The notes under the pieces: generated by a model | What the model was told of the DNA's origin: nothing | The model's input: only the letters and a program-made list of their open reading frames with translations | Databases searched by the model: none | Position numbers and translations under genes: made by a program | DNA from: Heptranchias perlo | Lineage: Eukaryota | Assembly: GCF_035084215.1 (NCBI RefSeq) | Contig: NC_090332.1 | Span: forward strand, 79,918,001-79,982,000 | Length of the DNA stretch: 64,000 bases | Direction of reading: 5' to 3' | Part shown: positions 48,209 to 60,929 of the stretch, piece after piece | How the letters are laid out: the number at the start of each line of letters is the position of its first letter | Numbering within the stretch: the first letter of the stretch is position 1

Positions 48209-50082
48209 GAAAGTGCATGTGTGTGTGCAGACATTAATTGAGGAAAGGTTTGGGTTTGGCTGTACAGCCCCCTGTAGAGGAATACCCCACTAACACTTGC
48301 TGTCTGGATTCACACCTGAGAAATGGCCATTTGGGCACGGAAGTAGAAGCTAGACGATGCCTGTGGCACTGTGCCCAGCAAGATTCAGTAGCGGCAAGCA
48401 AGGAGGAAAGAAAATTGGAGCGGGCAAAGTAATTACCTTTCAAATCTGATATTCTTTAGGGTAACGCACCGTTAATTGCTGCTGATATAGCTTCCAGTTT
48501 CTTTAATGCTCAGGTATACTTTTTATAAATAATACTTGGCCTACCTCGTAAACAGTACTTGTGATTGTTAGGGTAACAGGGAGCAAGGTGCAGAGTGGCA
48601 GGTCGTAGTGTCCAACACACATCCATGATGGCTCTCACAGATGTACTGATCACTGCTGCAGAAATGTCTGTTGTATTGCAAATGCGTTTCATGCCGGTTC
48701 CTTCATTTTGTGTAGGGTTACTGTCCAGATTGTCCAAGGTGTCTTGATGACATTGTTGTGCCTAGATCATCATTATGACTGCATGTTTTTCATGCCCTGT
48801 GCCGATTGCATGCAATTTTAGATGGGAAGCGGGCACAGTGTTACTTTTTCGTGGGACCAGCACCAGCAGAATTCCAACTTGTCTTTTGAACTGAAGCACA
48901 AATAACTAGAGTGGGTGGAATTTAAGTGGACACCGATGGCATTTCTGAATCCATAGGAACCCAAGAATGAATACATCAGATTTGCTTTATTTTATTTTTT
49001 ATTAAGTTCATTCATAACCTGTGAAACTTGTCTACTCTGACTGCAAAAAGTCAGAGTTTGACGAAAAGTCCTGTGAAAAACATAGGCCTCAGAATACAGT
49101 GAAACAATGTCCTGAATGACATTTTACGAAGATGATAAGATAGCATTGCTTTAAATACTTTGGGAATCACTTGTTGTCTGGGAAACTGCCCCCGGTGAAG
49201 GGATCCTCACTTTGACGATATCTGCCTGTTTTTTGAATTTATAAAAACCTGTATTTTTTTGTTCCCTCTGTGGCTTGATGGGTAATTGATTCATTTCAGA
49301 GGATGGAAAATCATGCAACCTACCAATCGGGCACACTGACCCCTGCGCTCCAGTTCCCAATATCTTCTCCCGTTGCCCGAAGCTCTGAGTTGGGAGCCCT
49401 AAATCATAAAATTTACCCCAATTTCTCAGTGTGTGGCCTGTGTGTTTTTAAAAAAAAAATAGTTGTTTCAAAGGTAAAAAAAAAGTTAACAACTTGCTAA
49501 AGTTTAAAATCAACACCCCCCACTCCTACCACCCACCCTGCCCAGGGCCATCTTATTTGCTGCTATCCTAGGTTATCGTGCTAAGGCATGAAAGCTGGGA
49601 TTTATGCTTGTGCGATTCCCAGCCTGTGGAAAACCACAAGCTTAGAAAGCACAGAAGCAGAAAATCCAGGCAGATCCGTCTTCACCCAAACTTGGCTCTC
49701 GGGAGCTCTTGCTGTTTCCCTGAATGCAATGAATAATGGGCGGTGGCTGGTCCAATGACACGGTCAATAGCTATAGATGTACCACGTTTCTTTATGTAGA
49801 CTTGGAATATAGTAGGATAGGGTTTTTCAGCCGAGAAGGCAATCTTCTCATAGTAAAATTGTAAGAAAATGATTCCCCCCCCCTTATTTTTTGTTTCTAA
49901 GTAATTTCCCGTTTTCAAAAAGGCTACTATCCTGAGTGTACATGGAGTGTACCCTTTAATATATAAAGACGAAAACACACTCAGCTTATAATCAGTGCCA
50001 ATAATTAAGTAATGTCGACATATTAGTAAAGTACTCATTGTGTATATTATAAGATTCTTTACCTTATACTTTCCAACATATT

Positions 50083-50276
50083 GGGGTAGATTTTCGTTTT
50101 CACCGCATGGCCAGTATCTGGTGGAGCAGATCGCCCGCTCTTTAGAGAACACACCCAATTTTCATTCCAATGCAATCAACAGAATGAAAATCAAATAGCT
50201 TCTACAATGGGCAGATAATGGGCATAATCCGCTCCACCAAAATACTGCCCATGTGGTGAAGCAGAAAATTGACCCC
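50083..50276. mobile_element. Palindromic Harbinger-type MITE; related decayed copy at ~16147-16400
   Basis: GGGGTAGATTTTC / GAAAATTGACCCC TIRs, 3-bp TSD ATT, internal inverted symmetry. Confidence 0.82.
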
Positions 50277-51388
50277 ATTGTCTTTTAGTTAAAAATACCA
50301 TAGGCTAAATCCATCAGTCCTGCGATCCCAGAGGGGAGGCGCACTTGAAAAGAATGTGAGCCATAGAAAGGACTACTTCACTGTAAACCCGTATTATCCA
50401 ACCCACACTCCCTTTGAGCTTGTCTCCTCACCGGGAGTGTTAGACTGGTGAGTTTACCCACATCATTCTGGGCTCCCCGGTGGCTCAGGCAGTCAGAATA
50501 GTGAGCAGCCGAGCCACATAAACCAGGAAGGTACCAGGTTTAATCCCTGATCTGTGGTGAATTGGGTGGTAGGGGGTGCCCCAGCACTCCTGGGTTAGGG
50601 AATGGAAAATCTGTTAGGGTATCTCCTGATCGCTGTTCAGTGGCAACTCTGCCAGAAAGTGCCACATATGTGGATATCAGGTGAGGACAGTCACCTGATG
50701 ACCTCCATGGGAATAAGTAGCCTGCTTGCTGCTCACTGTGCAGGCTTATATACAAAAATGGCTGCTTTAGTAAGGTACCAGAAAGCACATGGACCTGTAC
50801 CCCAGGAGGGAGCCAATGCCTTCAGGAGGGAAGAAAATCAGAGGAGAAAAAGCACTGTTTGAGACCATCATTTGCAGAATTAACATATGACGGAAATCTG
50901 CCCACTTTACCGTTAAACTACAAATAAAATGATTTTTTCTTGTATTAATCAAATCTAATTGTTGGCTTTAATGATATTATACGTGTTACAGTAAAGGGTC
51001 AGCAGGGAAAAATCTCTGTGCAATGTCAACCAGAGATCAAATAAATCAATCAGTGCTCATTGCACACAGCAGTGGAATTTTGCATGTTTACATGTTCTCT
51101 TCAGGGCTTACAGTTTATAATTTAGTTACTTTAAAAGGTTTGTTTATTTTTATTAAAATCCCATCAAATGCTTCAAGGGTGCCCATGATTGGATTTACAG
51201 ACCATTACATTTTTAAAGGATTAAATCCTAATTGCTCTGAAATCACACAGCATGTCTAAGATGTGGTTTCATAGATGCGACCATTACAATGTCATTTCAG
51301 ACAGTGTGATAATTAATATAGACACGTTAGGGCTGATTCCGCAATCCTGGGCAAACAGGCACTTCAGTGCCCTGACAATGGTGGAGTA

Positions 51389-51603
51389 TTGTAAACAATT
51401 TTACAACACCAAGTTATAGTCCAACTATTTTATTTGAAAATCACAAGCTTTCGGAGGCTTCCTCCTTCCTCAGGTGAATTCACCTGAGGAAGGAGGAAGC
51501 CTCCGAAAGCTTGTGATTTTCAAATAAAATAGTTGGACTATAACTTGGTGTTGTAAAATTGTTTACAATTGTCAACCCCAGTCCATCACCGGCATCTCCA
51601 CAT
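51389..51603 (+). mobile_element. Minimal Penelope-like insertion: perfect ~180-bp palindrome plus 34-nt tail
   Basis: Palindrome centred on GAATTC (51476-51481); 12-bp TSD AATGGTGGAGTA at 51377-51388 and 51604-51615; homologous to 9210-9334. Confidence 0.92.
51480..51516 (+). ncRNA. Minimal hammerhead ribozyme motif; mirror copy on - at 51441-51477
   Basis: TCAC-CTGAGGA-A-GGAGG-AAG-CCTCC-GAAA-GCTT-GTGA. Confidence 0.72.
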
Positions 51604-51799
51604 AATGGTGGAGTAGGAAGCTGACTGTGCCAGATTCGGCAAGCTCAGCTACTATACATCACTGTAATATTCTCCAGACGCACAAGGAGCGCTATGGCTA
51701 CTCGTGAGTGTAAAAGGGGAGTGCAGCAGCTCTTTAAGGGCTGCTGATCTTAAAGGTCTAGTGTTCTTTGCTTTTGCTGTTTTCTATTATGGCTGGTTG

Positions 51800-53200
51800 C
51801 AGGAAAAAAAAGATGACTAGGTTCCCAGGGCCAAGTGCCAGCACTACCCCCTTCAATGAGAAGCTAGATGTATTGGTGGAGGAGGTGCAACAGAGAGTCC
51901 ATTTTGAGGGCAGAGGGAAACCCTCCTCTCAAAGCCAACGTGCAGCAAACAAGGCAGGAGGTAACACACAGAGTCAATGCATTCGGTGCAGGTCATGGAC
52001 TAGATGGGGAAGAAGTTATCTGGCCTAAGGCAGAATGCCAAGGTACAGTTGACTGTAGTTTGCCAACTCCAGTGAAATAAGTCCCTGTACTATGCATGCG
52101 CCATGCACTGAGCTGCTAACATGATGCAGCATCGGCAATGCAGCAGAGAAAGCAGTGGGACAAACTCTTGTGTCTTGCACTCCAAACTACCATGTCTTTA
52201 AAACTTTAGCTGCAACTAGATGCAGCAAGTGCGAGACTGTAGAGTGCTTACGGATGGATGAATTAAGATGGGCTGAATGGCCTTCCTCAGCGGTAAGTAT
52301 CTTGTGATCTTGTGAAGAAGCCACCTTACAAATTGTCAGAGAGGAGGACATAGGTGATGTGGGCGAGTGAGAACTTGGAGGCTTTGTGCCATCTCAACCA
52401 GGTAAGTGTTTTCTTCAACTATTTCTTACTTTTTGTTCAAGCTCACTCACTCAGTGATATGCTTGCACTTTAACGTGGGGACTCCCAGCAGGACTCAACT
52501 CAGGTGGATTCCAAGCCTGGCATGAGAAAGGAATCACCAGATTCGGCCAGCTCCGCCAAAAAAGCCAGATTATGCCCTTCTGCTAGTTAGTTGACAAACC
52601 TAACCTCTTCCAGCCAACCTTGTTTGGAATTCTTGGAATTCTTTCTCCAGTCCTCAAAGGCCTCTTGAGGATGTACTCCCGCTTTGTGCACTATGCTCAC
52701 TTCCAATACTAAAGATGGGACAGAACACCTATGGTAAGCGTAGGAATGAGACCTAGGCCATCCGCTAAGGGAGGATGGGTAGCAAGAGATATAAAGTAAA
52801 GTCCTAAACACCACCACCTGCAGCAAAATAGATGACTGCTAACTCAAAATCATACATTGCGCATCCTGCACAAATTCCACATATTTCATCCCTCCAGCCA
52901 TTCTGGACAACAGTCTGGAAGATCACCAGGACCATGGCTGGTGTTACAATCTCAGAGAACCCAGTCCAATGCTTGTTGGGCCTGCCCACTACAGGGGAGG
53001 GCCTCCTGCAACAAGCAAACATTCATTATTAGTTGCAAGAAGACACATCTCCCCTCCTTGGTGAATTGCAGCCCTCCACACAGCAAACATGTAGGTGCAA
53101 TACATGTACCAACCAGACCATTCTATGGTTCTATGATAATGACTATGTTCAGCCTGCCATTGGAGTTGGGGAAACACCAAGCAGTCTGGGGCTTGCTCAT
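51800..53200. pseudogene. Heavily decayed Harbinger: Myb remnant (+, ~51810-52400) convergent with transposase remnant (-, ~52810-53200)
   Basis: PFNEKLDVLVEEVQQR and donor AAG|GT at 52042; minus-strand FQTVV..EICGI resembles GSFQ..GDMCNIS. Confidence 0.45.
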
Positions 53201-53510
53201 GGAGGCTTCTTCAGTACAAACCTGCTACCATTCTCCCAGCACAGCAACCCTTCCACTGGCCATGAGGGCAATAAAAAACATGACCACTAGTATGCAGGAC
53301 CTGCTTCACCTTGCTAATTAACTAATTAAACAAGCTGCCTCAACTCTCTGAGCCGCATTGCTCCTGATGCAAGCATAGTGATGCCAAGAAAGCTGGAGGT
53401 ATTAATGCACTTATCCCACATGTACAGTGCAATCAAAATGCACAATGGTTTCATAAAATATATATGTAAATCTACACTTAATTGTAATATGTGTGGATGT
53501 ATGTGTAATG

Positions 53511-54023
53511 GGGGTCGATTTTCACTCCCTTTGCCTGGTGGTATTGAGGGGGCGGTAATGGCCTTAAAATGGGGTTAGTAGCCTTATCGCCCCCTCAACA
53601 CCGGCCATGCATTTGAAAAGGGGCCTTCCGCCGGGTGTCCAGAGCACCCGCCTGTTTTAAAATGGAAATCGATATAAATATTGATGTAAATAGGACACTG
53701 GTTGCCATTTTAGGTTGGGACTGGTATGAGCCTGCGCAGTGCCCGCATAAATAATCAGGGCCACTGTCGCCCCGTGACCTCCCCCCTCCACGATCACGAC
53801 CCTCCCCCCATCTGCAATTTACCTTCCTGGTGGCAGCTCTGGCCGGTTTTCCTTTGCTGAATCTAGTGAGCTGTGTCGGAACGCCTGTTTGGCGCCCTAC
53901 AGCTCACCTGGCGAACGTAAATGAGGCCACAGCCTCAAAATCATGGCATCCGCTTCATCGCCAGAACGGGCAGTGGACTAACGCACTCCACCGGTCGGCC
54001 GGCCACAAGTCAAAATAGACCAC
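53511..54023. mobile_element. Harbinger-type MITE
   Basis: GGGGTCGATTTT / AAAATAGACCAC TIRs, 3-bp TSD ATG. Confidence 0.72.
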
Positions 54024-55616
54024 ATGACTTCATAAAATATATATTGGCATGTATCTTCTTGACAATCCAATCATGAGTTGCGATTTCAACACAATGAAGA
54101 TGTTGGAGGAGGAAGAGTGCATAGGTCAGAGCATTGCAACTGAAAAGGAAAAGAGAGGATAATTCAAAGGAGCAATAATTCTAGTAGTGTTGATAAAATA
54201 GAGAAAAGAAAGGCAGCGACACTGAGAAACAGCAATCGTTACTGCATGACATAAAGAGGAAGGAAATTCCACGGGGAGTTCTTTCAATGCAAAGTACCTC
54301 CTCATGACTATGGGAAAATAATAAAGTTAGAAAAATGTAGTGAGGCTGAAATTTCATAGGGTTTCAACCCGTTTCCTATCGTGACTCTAGCAGGAGACCA
54401 ATGGAGCCCCCCCACCCCGGGAAACAGCAGATGCAGCTGACTGGCTCCATTCAAACAATGCCCCAAACCCAAAAATGGTTTCGGCCTCCCCACGCCAGCT
54501 TCGGACGGGTGCCATGGATGTTCCACTCACTTACTGCATAGAGTTTGACATAACCGTACCTCCTAATAGCATTCTCTTACTAGAAAGAAAAGGAATTAAC
54601 ACTGAATCCCAGCTCAGTTAACAATCCACTTTGAACAGCAAGTCTGCTGAGGACCACAGATGAAGGGGACACAGGGTCCCTAGGCCATATTATAAGCATC
54701 ACTACTCCAATGGGTCAGAAATGATTGAACATAAACATTAACCTGCTGCCCTTATATGTTATATTGGGAAGAGGTCTCCATTTAGGGACTTATGAAAGAT
54801 CACCAGCACATAATCAATATTATATATATATGTGTGTATTTGATCTGCTCCAGTTTATCTTTCTCTAACCTTAGCATATTTTAATCAATCATTCAGCAAT
54901 TCTAAGCACAAACACTAACCAAAATATCTATTTTCTGTTAAAATGTTCTGCTATCTTCGGTAAGAACTAGCAGTAGATTGAAACTAAGTCAAGTTTTATT
55001 GTCCAGGAATGGGTCAGAAAGAGATTTCTGGTGGATTTTACATGGAAACAAAATCTGCTTAATATTTTCTACCAAATGGTCCACAAGAAAAATCTACCAG
55101 TGAAAAATAGAAGCACCTAATTTGCATTTACCACCTTGACTATTTGATGTAAAACATCTCACTTACACAAATTGTCTTTTTTCCCTATTGGTAAGGTTTG
55201 GGCTTGGCTGTAGTTAACCAACCTGCCTATTCTGACTGTCTAGACTCACAAATGGTAAACATGGTAACTGGGTGAGGTGCCAATGGACTTGCAGCACCCA
55301 GGGAACCATGACCGGCATTAGTAATGCACTGGAGGAAAACATTGAAAGAGGTAAAGGAACATAATAGATAAGGTCCAGTTGGCAGGCACTATAGGACGAA
55401 GATATTAAGGGTAATTAAGAGCCTTGCTCACCAGCAGGACGTCTTGCCCACTGGCATATTGGAAATTTGGATATGTGTGGCGCATGACTTTCTGAACATT
55501 AATATCAACGTCCCATCACAGAGAGGAAACTAAACCTTGGACCTTCCTGGTCTGTGAGTCTCGGCTAGTCACTGCATTAACTCATTAAGCCAAGGGGGAA
55601 CACTAAAACATTTGAA

Positions 55617-55778
55617 GGGAGAATTTCGTTGGAGGTTCTCCCATTCTCCTGGCATTACTTTGGTGGGAACCCTGGGAAAATGATATAAGTGGCCATTCAC
55701 GCCGTTTCTCCAGGATTTGCGCACATCTTCTGAAATTATTGCACGGGATCGGGAGAACCCTGCAGAAATTCTATCCCT
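55617..55778. mobile_element. Small palindromic MITE; related copy at ~34023-34131
   Basis: GGGAGAATTTC..GGTTCTCCC / GGGAGAACC..GAAATTCTATCCC. Confidence 0.6.
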
Positions 55779-56989
55779 TCACAATCACCAATTCCAGTCA
55801 GTAGTATGCCCCTAGGCTCCTATGAGTGCCATTCTAGAACCATTTGTCAGCACATGTTTGAAAATGATCAGGGGAGGACTTTCGATCTGATTTTGCCTCC
55901 CTCCCTGTGAAGAAATGTCTGATTTTGACTCCCCACCTCCCCAAGATAGCATGGCCAAGAACAGTAAGGTCACCACGTGGGGTTTTGTTGGCATGAACCA
56001 GCCCCATTGGCTGTCCTATAACCATTTGGTCCTTTTAATTGTAACTACAAATGTAATATTTTTGCATTGAGTTATTCATATTTGATTACATTTGTACTTG
56101 AAGTATATTGAAATTCTAGCATATTATGTTTAGTAGCCGAGAAATTAGTTCTCTATATCTTTGTATGTATTGGCTTGTGGTTCAATAGAACATTCTTCCT
56201 CTTATTATTACAGATAAGCCACAATCTAATTAAATAGTGGAACAGGCTTGAGGGCCTGAATGGCCTACCCCTGTTCCCATGTTCCCGTGCTGTTACACAA
56301 GTGACGGAGATGATACATAATAAATCACATTGCACATTTCAGCCAATCAATAGGCTACATCTGTTCATGCAAAGAGCATCCTTATTTGGAAAGGAAAGCT
56401 GGAAACAACTTGCATAAAAGGTCAGTGTATTTTGGTTTGTTGTTGCACAATGAACTGTAGGCACCAAAGTTAACTGTCGAAAATTGTCATGTTTACATAA
56501 ATCGTACTGAAACTCATTAAGGGCCATATTTGCCTCAGTTCAGAAAAGATGAGAGAATAACATTTCTCATTGTTATTTTCCGACCGTTAATGAAATAACA
56601 GGAATGTGTGGTTTTGAAATGCATACTTCCCAAGAAGTGTGATTTTCTTAAGACGATCAAGAGAAACAACCAATTCCAATGCATCTCCAAAATGAGCTTT
56701 GGAAAGATCTCAAGCAGCTAACAAGCCATTTAACTGGTAGAAATGTCAAAAAGTTTATCACTTCAGCAGAGCAGTACCCACTATTTCTCTCCTCACTCTT
56801 ACCTTGTTTCATTTCCCTTCCCCTGAACAAATTAAATGGTAAATGCTCACCCAGCTTCACAGCCTGAGTGCCACCTATTTCCCAACACATCTACACTGCC
56901 TGCAGGGGGCGTCCTGTGCACATGTGCAGAGCTAACAGTGAAGGGTTTGGAACTTCTCTGCAATCAAACATGGTGGCCATTTTGCACTA

Positions 56990-58330
56990 GCAACGTGCCA
57001 CAAATAGCAGTAAGATGAATGACCAGTTCAACTTTCCTTTTTGTGAAGGCGTTGTTTGAGGGGGAGGAATGTTGGCCATGATGTTAGATGAATTTCCTAC
57101 TCTTCTTTGAATAGTGCCATGGGACTTTTAATATCGACCCGAGCCACTGGAAGAGGCAAACAGAACCTTGGGCCTAAATTTTTTACGCCAAGCTGAGAAG
57201 ACGCCGGGGGGGGTGGGGGGGGGGGGAGGGGGTGTGGGGAGAGAGGGAATTTCTGACGGGAAACTCAGAAGTACGGGTTTCCTGGACGTCCTTACAATTT
57301 TAACGTAAGGATGTCTTTTATTTTTCTTTGTCGGTGTCCGGCCCGACAGGCCAACCAGATTGACAGGCTGGCCTCAGTTGGACGGGGGAAGAGGAAGGAG
57401 GCGGATGCGAGAAGGTAAGTCTTAGATGGGGGTGAGGGGGGAGGGTAGTTGGGGTCGGGAGTCATTGAGGGTCATGGAGGGGAGGGGCGAAAGTCATTGG
57501 GGGGTCAGGGTCAGGAGTTATCGTGGGTCATGGAGTCAGGAGTCATCGGGAGTTTCGGGGTCAGGAGTCATAGGGGGTCGGGGTCGGGAGTCATCGGGGT
57601 CAAGAGTGTTAATTGTATGATTTATATCAATTAGTGTTAATTGTATTCAGGTGGTGGGTATCAACTGGGGACTCTTGTATCCTTTTCATAGGAGAGCTTA
57701 GCTAGGATGTGATGTGTGTGTAAGGTGAGTAAAGGCATGGAAGCTACTAAATATTCTAGTATTCTATCCTTCACCACATGGGTATCCAATTTTAACAAGG
57801 ATTCATCAGGGGTCGGGGATCGTGAGTCATCGGGGGGGTCGTGAGTCATCGGGAGGGAATCGGAGATCGCAGGGGAGTCGGAGATCGCGGGGGGAGGGAG
57901 GGGGTTCTCTGCAGGTAAGCTTGTTAGACCTGGGGTGAGCACTCCTGCTCCTCTGGGCCCACATGCAGTGTGAAAAAGGCACTTACCTGATGTTTCGGGC
58001 CTTCTCGCCTCCTCTTACGTGGCGTGAAGGAGAAGGCCCAGAAATCCCGGCCCCCAGGAGTCAAAAACAAAAAAGCTATAGAAATGGAGGCCCGCAGCCT
58101 CCATGAAAGCTTTCAGTGACTGACCCACCTCCCAAGAGTGGGTTGGGTGCCCACCCCTCCTCCAGCCTCCGTTAAAGCTGGAAATGGATGGGTTGGAGGC
58201 GGGTTTTAGATTTTTAAAAGTTTTACTGCCCCCTTGCCCCCAATCCACCCGTTTTTCTGAGTTAAAATTTAGGCCTTGGTTTAATTTCTCATCGAAAATT
58301 GTCGCCCTCCCTCAGCACTGCTCTGGTGTG
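56990..58330 (-). mobile_element. SacSINE1-like remnant split by MITE family A
   Basis: AATAGTGCCATGGGACTTTTA..CAGAACCTTG resumes as GTTTAATTTCTCATCGAAA..CCCTCAGCACTGC. Confidence 0.65.
57171..58275. mobile_element. MITE family A, complete copy with internal minisatellite
   Basis: Perfect 12-bp TIR GGCCTAAATTTT / AAAATTTAGGCC, TSD TTG, GAGTCATCGGG and GGAGATCGC arrays. Confidence 0.85.
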
Positions 58331-59469
58331 TCCCAAAGGCCCTGCTCATTCCTTTTCTCCAGCCACCCTCTGCTGCATTTCATGTAGGTGGCTTATTTGA
58401 ACCATCTAAGCTCCCCCTCCCCAGGGTACTGGCTTGCACTATTCACTTCAGTCACTACTGTTGAGCGACTTTGAATCTTCCCATTCTTTAAAGTCAGCAA
58501 CGCCGGACTTGAGCAGGAGTAAAATATTTGACTTCAAAGCTATGAAATGTTTCACAAGTTCTTCATTAGTGACCTTAACGAAGATTTGACAAAGTTCAGT
58601 AATCCAATTTTGGTGGGATAAAAATCCCCAGATCAGCGCTAAACATGGGCCAATAGTCTGTTTGTATTTTCTGCCAGCACGCTCTTGACATGCCTATTTT
58701 TTTCACGAAAATTAGCAAATGGTGGAAATTGAGATCAACACCTCTTGTCTTATTCTCTAATTTGACCGTGTGATGTGAAGCATTTATCCCCCTTAATATT
58801 CTGGCTGGGCTACTGATGTTGAAAATAATCTCGTCTATGCTGCAGAGTGGATTCAGAGCACTGGCAGCAACAGTGGACCAACTGTTCTTGCACAAAATTT
58901 GCACATTTCAAGTTGTTCAATGGTCACAAATGCAGCTTTAAACTGACTCCATGGGCACGATTTTAACTTTAAAGTCCGGGTGTATTGGGGGTGGACGGGG
59001 GGGCAAACAAAATCGGGCATTTCTGGAGCGGGAAGGAACGCTGGCTCCAACTCGCTGGAAAACGCGCACGAATCTGACCCATCTGGGTGCGGCCCGGTTC
59101 ACGAGTCCGGAAGTCCCGCTGGCGGGACGATATTTAAAACAGGAATTGAACTACTTAGAGTACTTGAAATCTTCATTAATATGGTTAGTCATGCTGGGAA
59201 GCGATTTCAACGCTGCCTCAATGTCTTTCCCGTGCTGTATGAAGCACGTCATGGGAAACTAGGCGGGTTTCAGCCTTTGGCCATTTAAATCCCTGTTTGA
59301 CAGATGGGGATAAAAGGTGAATAATTGCGGCAGGGCATTCAGTTCTCTCAGACAAACTTTTCGCTGGGAGTTCTTTGTGTTTAGACTGAAAATTCTTGGT
59401 TCACATTCAGAATTGTTCTGTTTACACATATTTATCTACTTTTTGGATCCCCTCAACCTGACACCATCA

Positions 59470-60590
59470 GGAGTGGGAGAGGGGGGGGCGCAATGGCTGC
59501 ATTCACCAGTACATCTGAGGAGGAGACACATCACCACCCTCGCCAGGCACGGTGTGCACTTCTGCCACTTGCAGCTCCACAGCACAGAGGTGCGCCAGAG
59601 GGACCTGCACAAGAGCAGCGAGGGCAACAACAGAGGGAACAACGCCCCCGGAGGCACTACCCTCGTGAGAGGGTCTACAGACCGAGGCTGAGCTTCCTGG
59701 ACCTCTCTGAGGTGCAGTGCCTATGAAGGCTCAGAATGAGTCACCAGGTGGTTGCAGATATCTGCAGCCTCCTTCATGCCGAGCTGCTCCCGGCTGGGCC
59801 TGGTGGCATCGCATTGTCCGTGGCAGTTAAAGTGACCACTGCTCTTAACCTCTTCGCTTCCGGATCCTTCCAGGGCACCACCGGTGACATCACCGGGGTC
59901 TCTCAGTCATCTGCACACAAGTGCATAAAACAGATGGATTATTTTGCAGGGCGTCCCCATGGACAACCGAAGCCAGATGGAGAGGGCAGTGGGTTTCCAC
60001 TCTGTGTCTGGCTTCCCACGGGCACAGGGTGCAATTGATTGCACGCATATTGCAATCCGAGCACCTCCACATGAGCCAGGACTATCCATCAACAGAAAGG
60101 GATATCACACCATCAATGTGCAGCTCGTTTGCAACCAGATTAATATATTTCTTCATGTGTGTGCCAGATTCCCTGGCAGCTGCCATGATTCATTCATTCT
60201 GGATAGCTCCTCGGAGACAAGACTCATGACACCTGTGAGAATCTCTATCAGCGAGGAACAGTGTCGCTACAATGTCAGTCACATCGCCACCAGGTCTGTC
60301 ATTGAACATGCGATAGGACTGCTGAAGATGTGATTTCAGTGCCTGGATTGGTCTGGGGGAGCGCTTCAATACGCACCAGCGAGAGTGGGTCGAATTATGG
60401 TCATCTGTTGTGTCCTGCACAACATGCACAACAGAGAGAGTTACTGGTTGATGAGGCCTCGTGCCCTCATCCACCACCATCCACATCTGCCATCAACATT
60501 GAGGAGGCTGTGGAGGAGGACGAACCCATCAGCAGAGCAGCGGCTCACCTGGCTGATTGTGAGGCCAGCGAGTTACTAATATTTGAATGA
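59470..60590 (+). pseudogene. Harbinger transposase with stops, frameshifts and loss of the GDxGY region
   Basis: ALSVAVKVTTALNLFASGSFQ, GFPRAQGAIDCTH, NRKGYHTINVQLVC, ARFPGSCHD, IEHAIGLLK, CCVLHN. Confidence 0.9.
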
Positions 60591-60929
60591 TTCTCCTAAG
60601 GACATCAGCAAAATGAGGATCGTCCAGTCCTCAGACCACCTGGAAAGTACAACGCCAACACCAGTGCCCCCCCCCCCCACCCCCCCAAAAAAAACCAGTC
60701 CTACAACTATACATACAACCTCTGTAAACTCACCCACTAGGTGGCATCAAGTCTCGCCATTCACGATAAAGCACATGAAAGGGCGCTATCACAAAAGCCA
60801 GTCAAGAATGGGCAAGACGTGGAAGTAGTGGTGAGAATGCTAACATTTAATGTGAATTTAACAAAAAACAAATATAAATGAAAAACGGGACCATCTGTCA
60901 GACACCCTTGTGCATACCCTTTGTGATCA

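Noticed and set aside
48510-48900. Cys/His-containing short ORFs
   Set aside because: Stops in all extended frames, no domain match I can recognise, no convincing acceptor
49018-49069. Possible 52-nt minus-strand exon with a 9-bp hairpin
   Set aside because: Weak donor, no partner exons; a hairpin of this size can occur by chance
49682-50158. 158-aa minus-strand ORF
   Set aside because: Starts at a non-ATG codon inside a MITE, runs through AT-rich DNA, no recognisable motif
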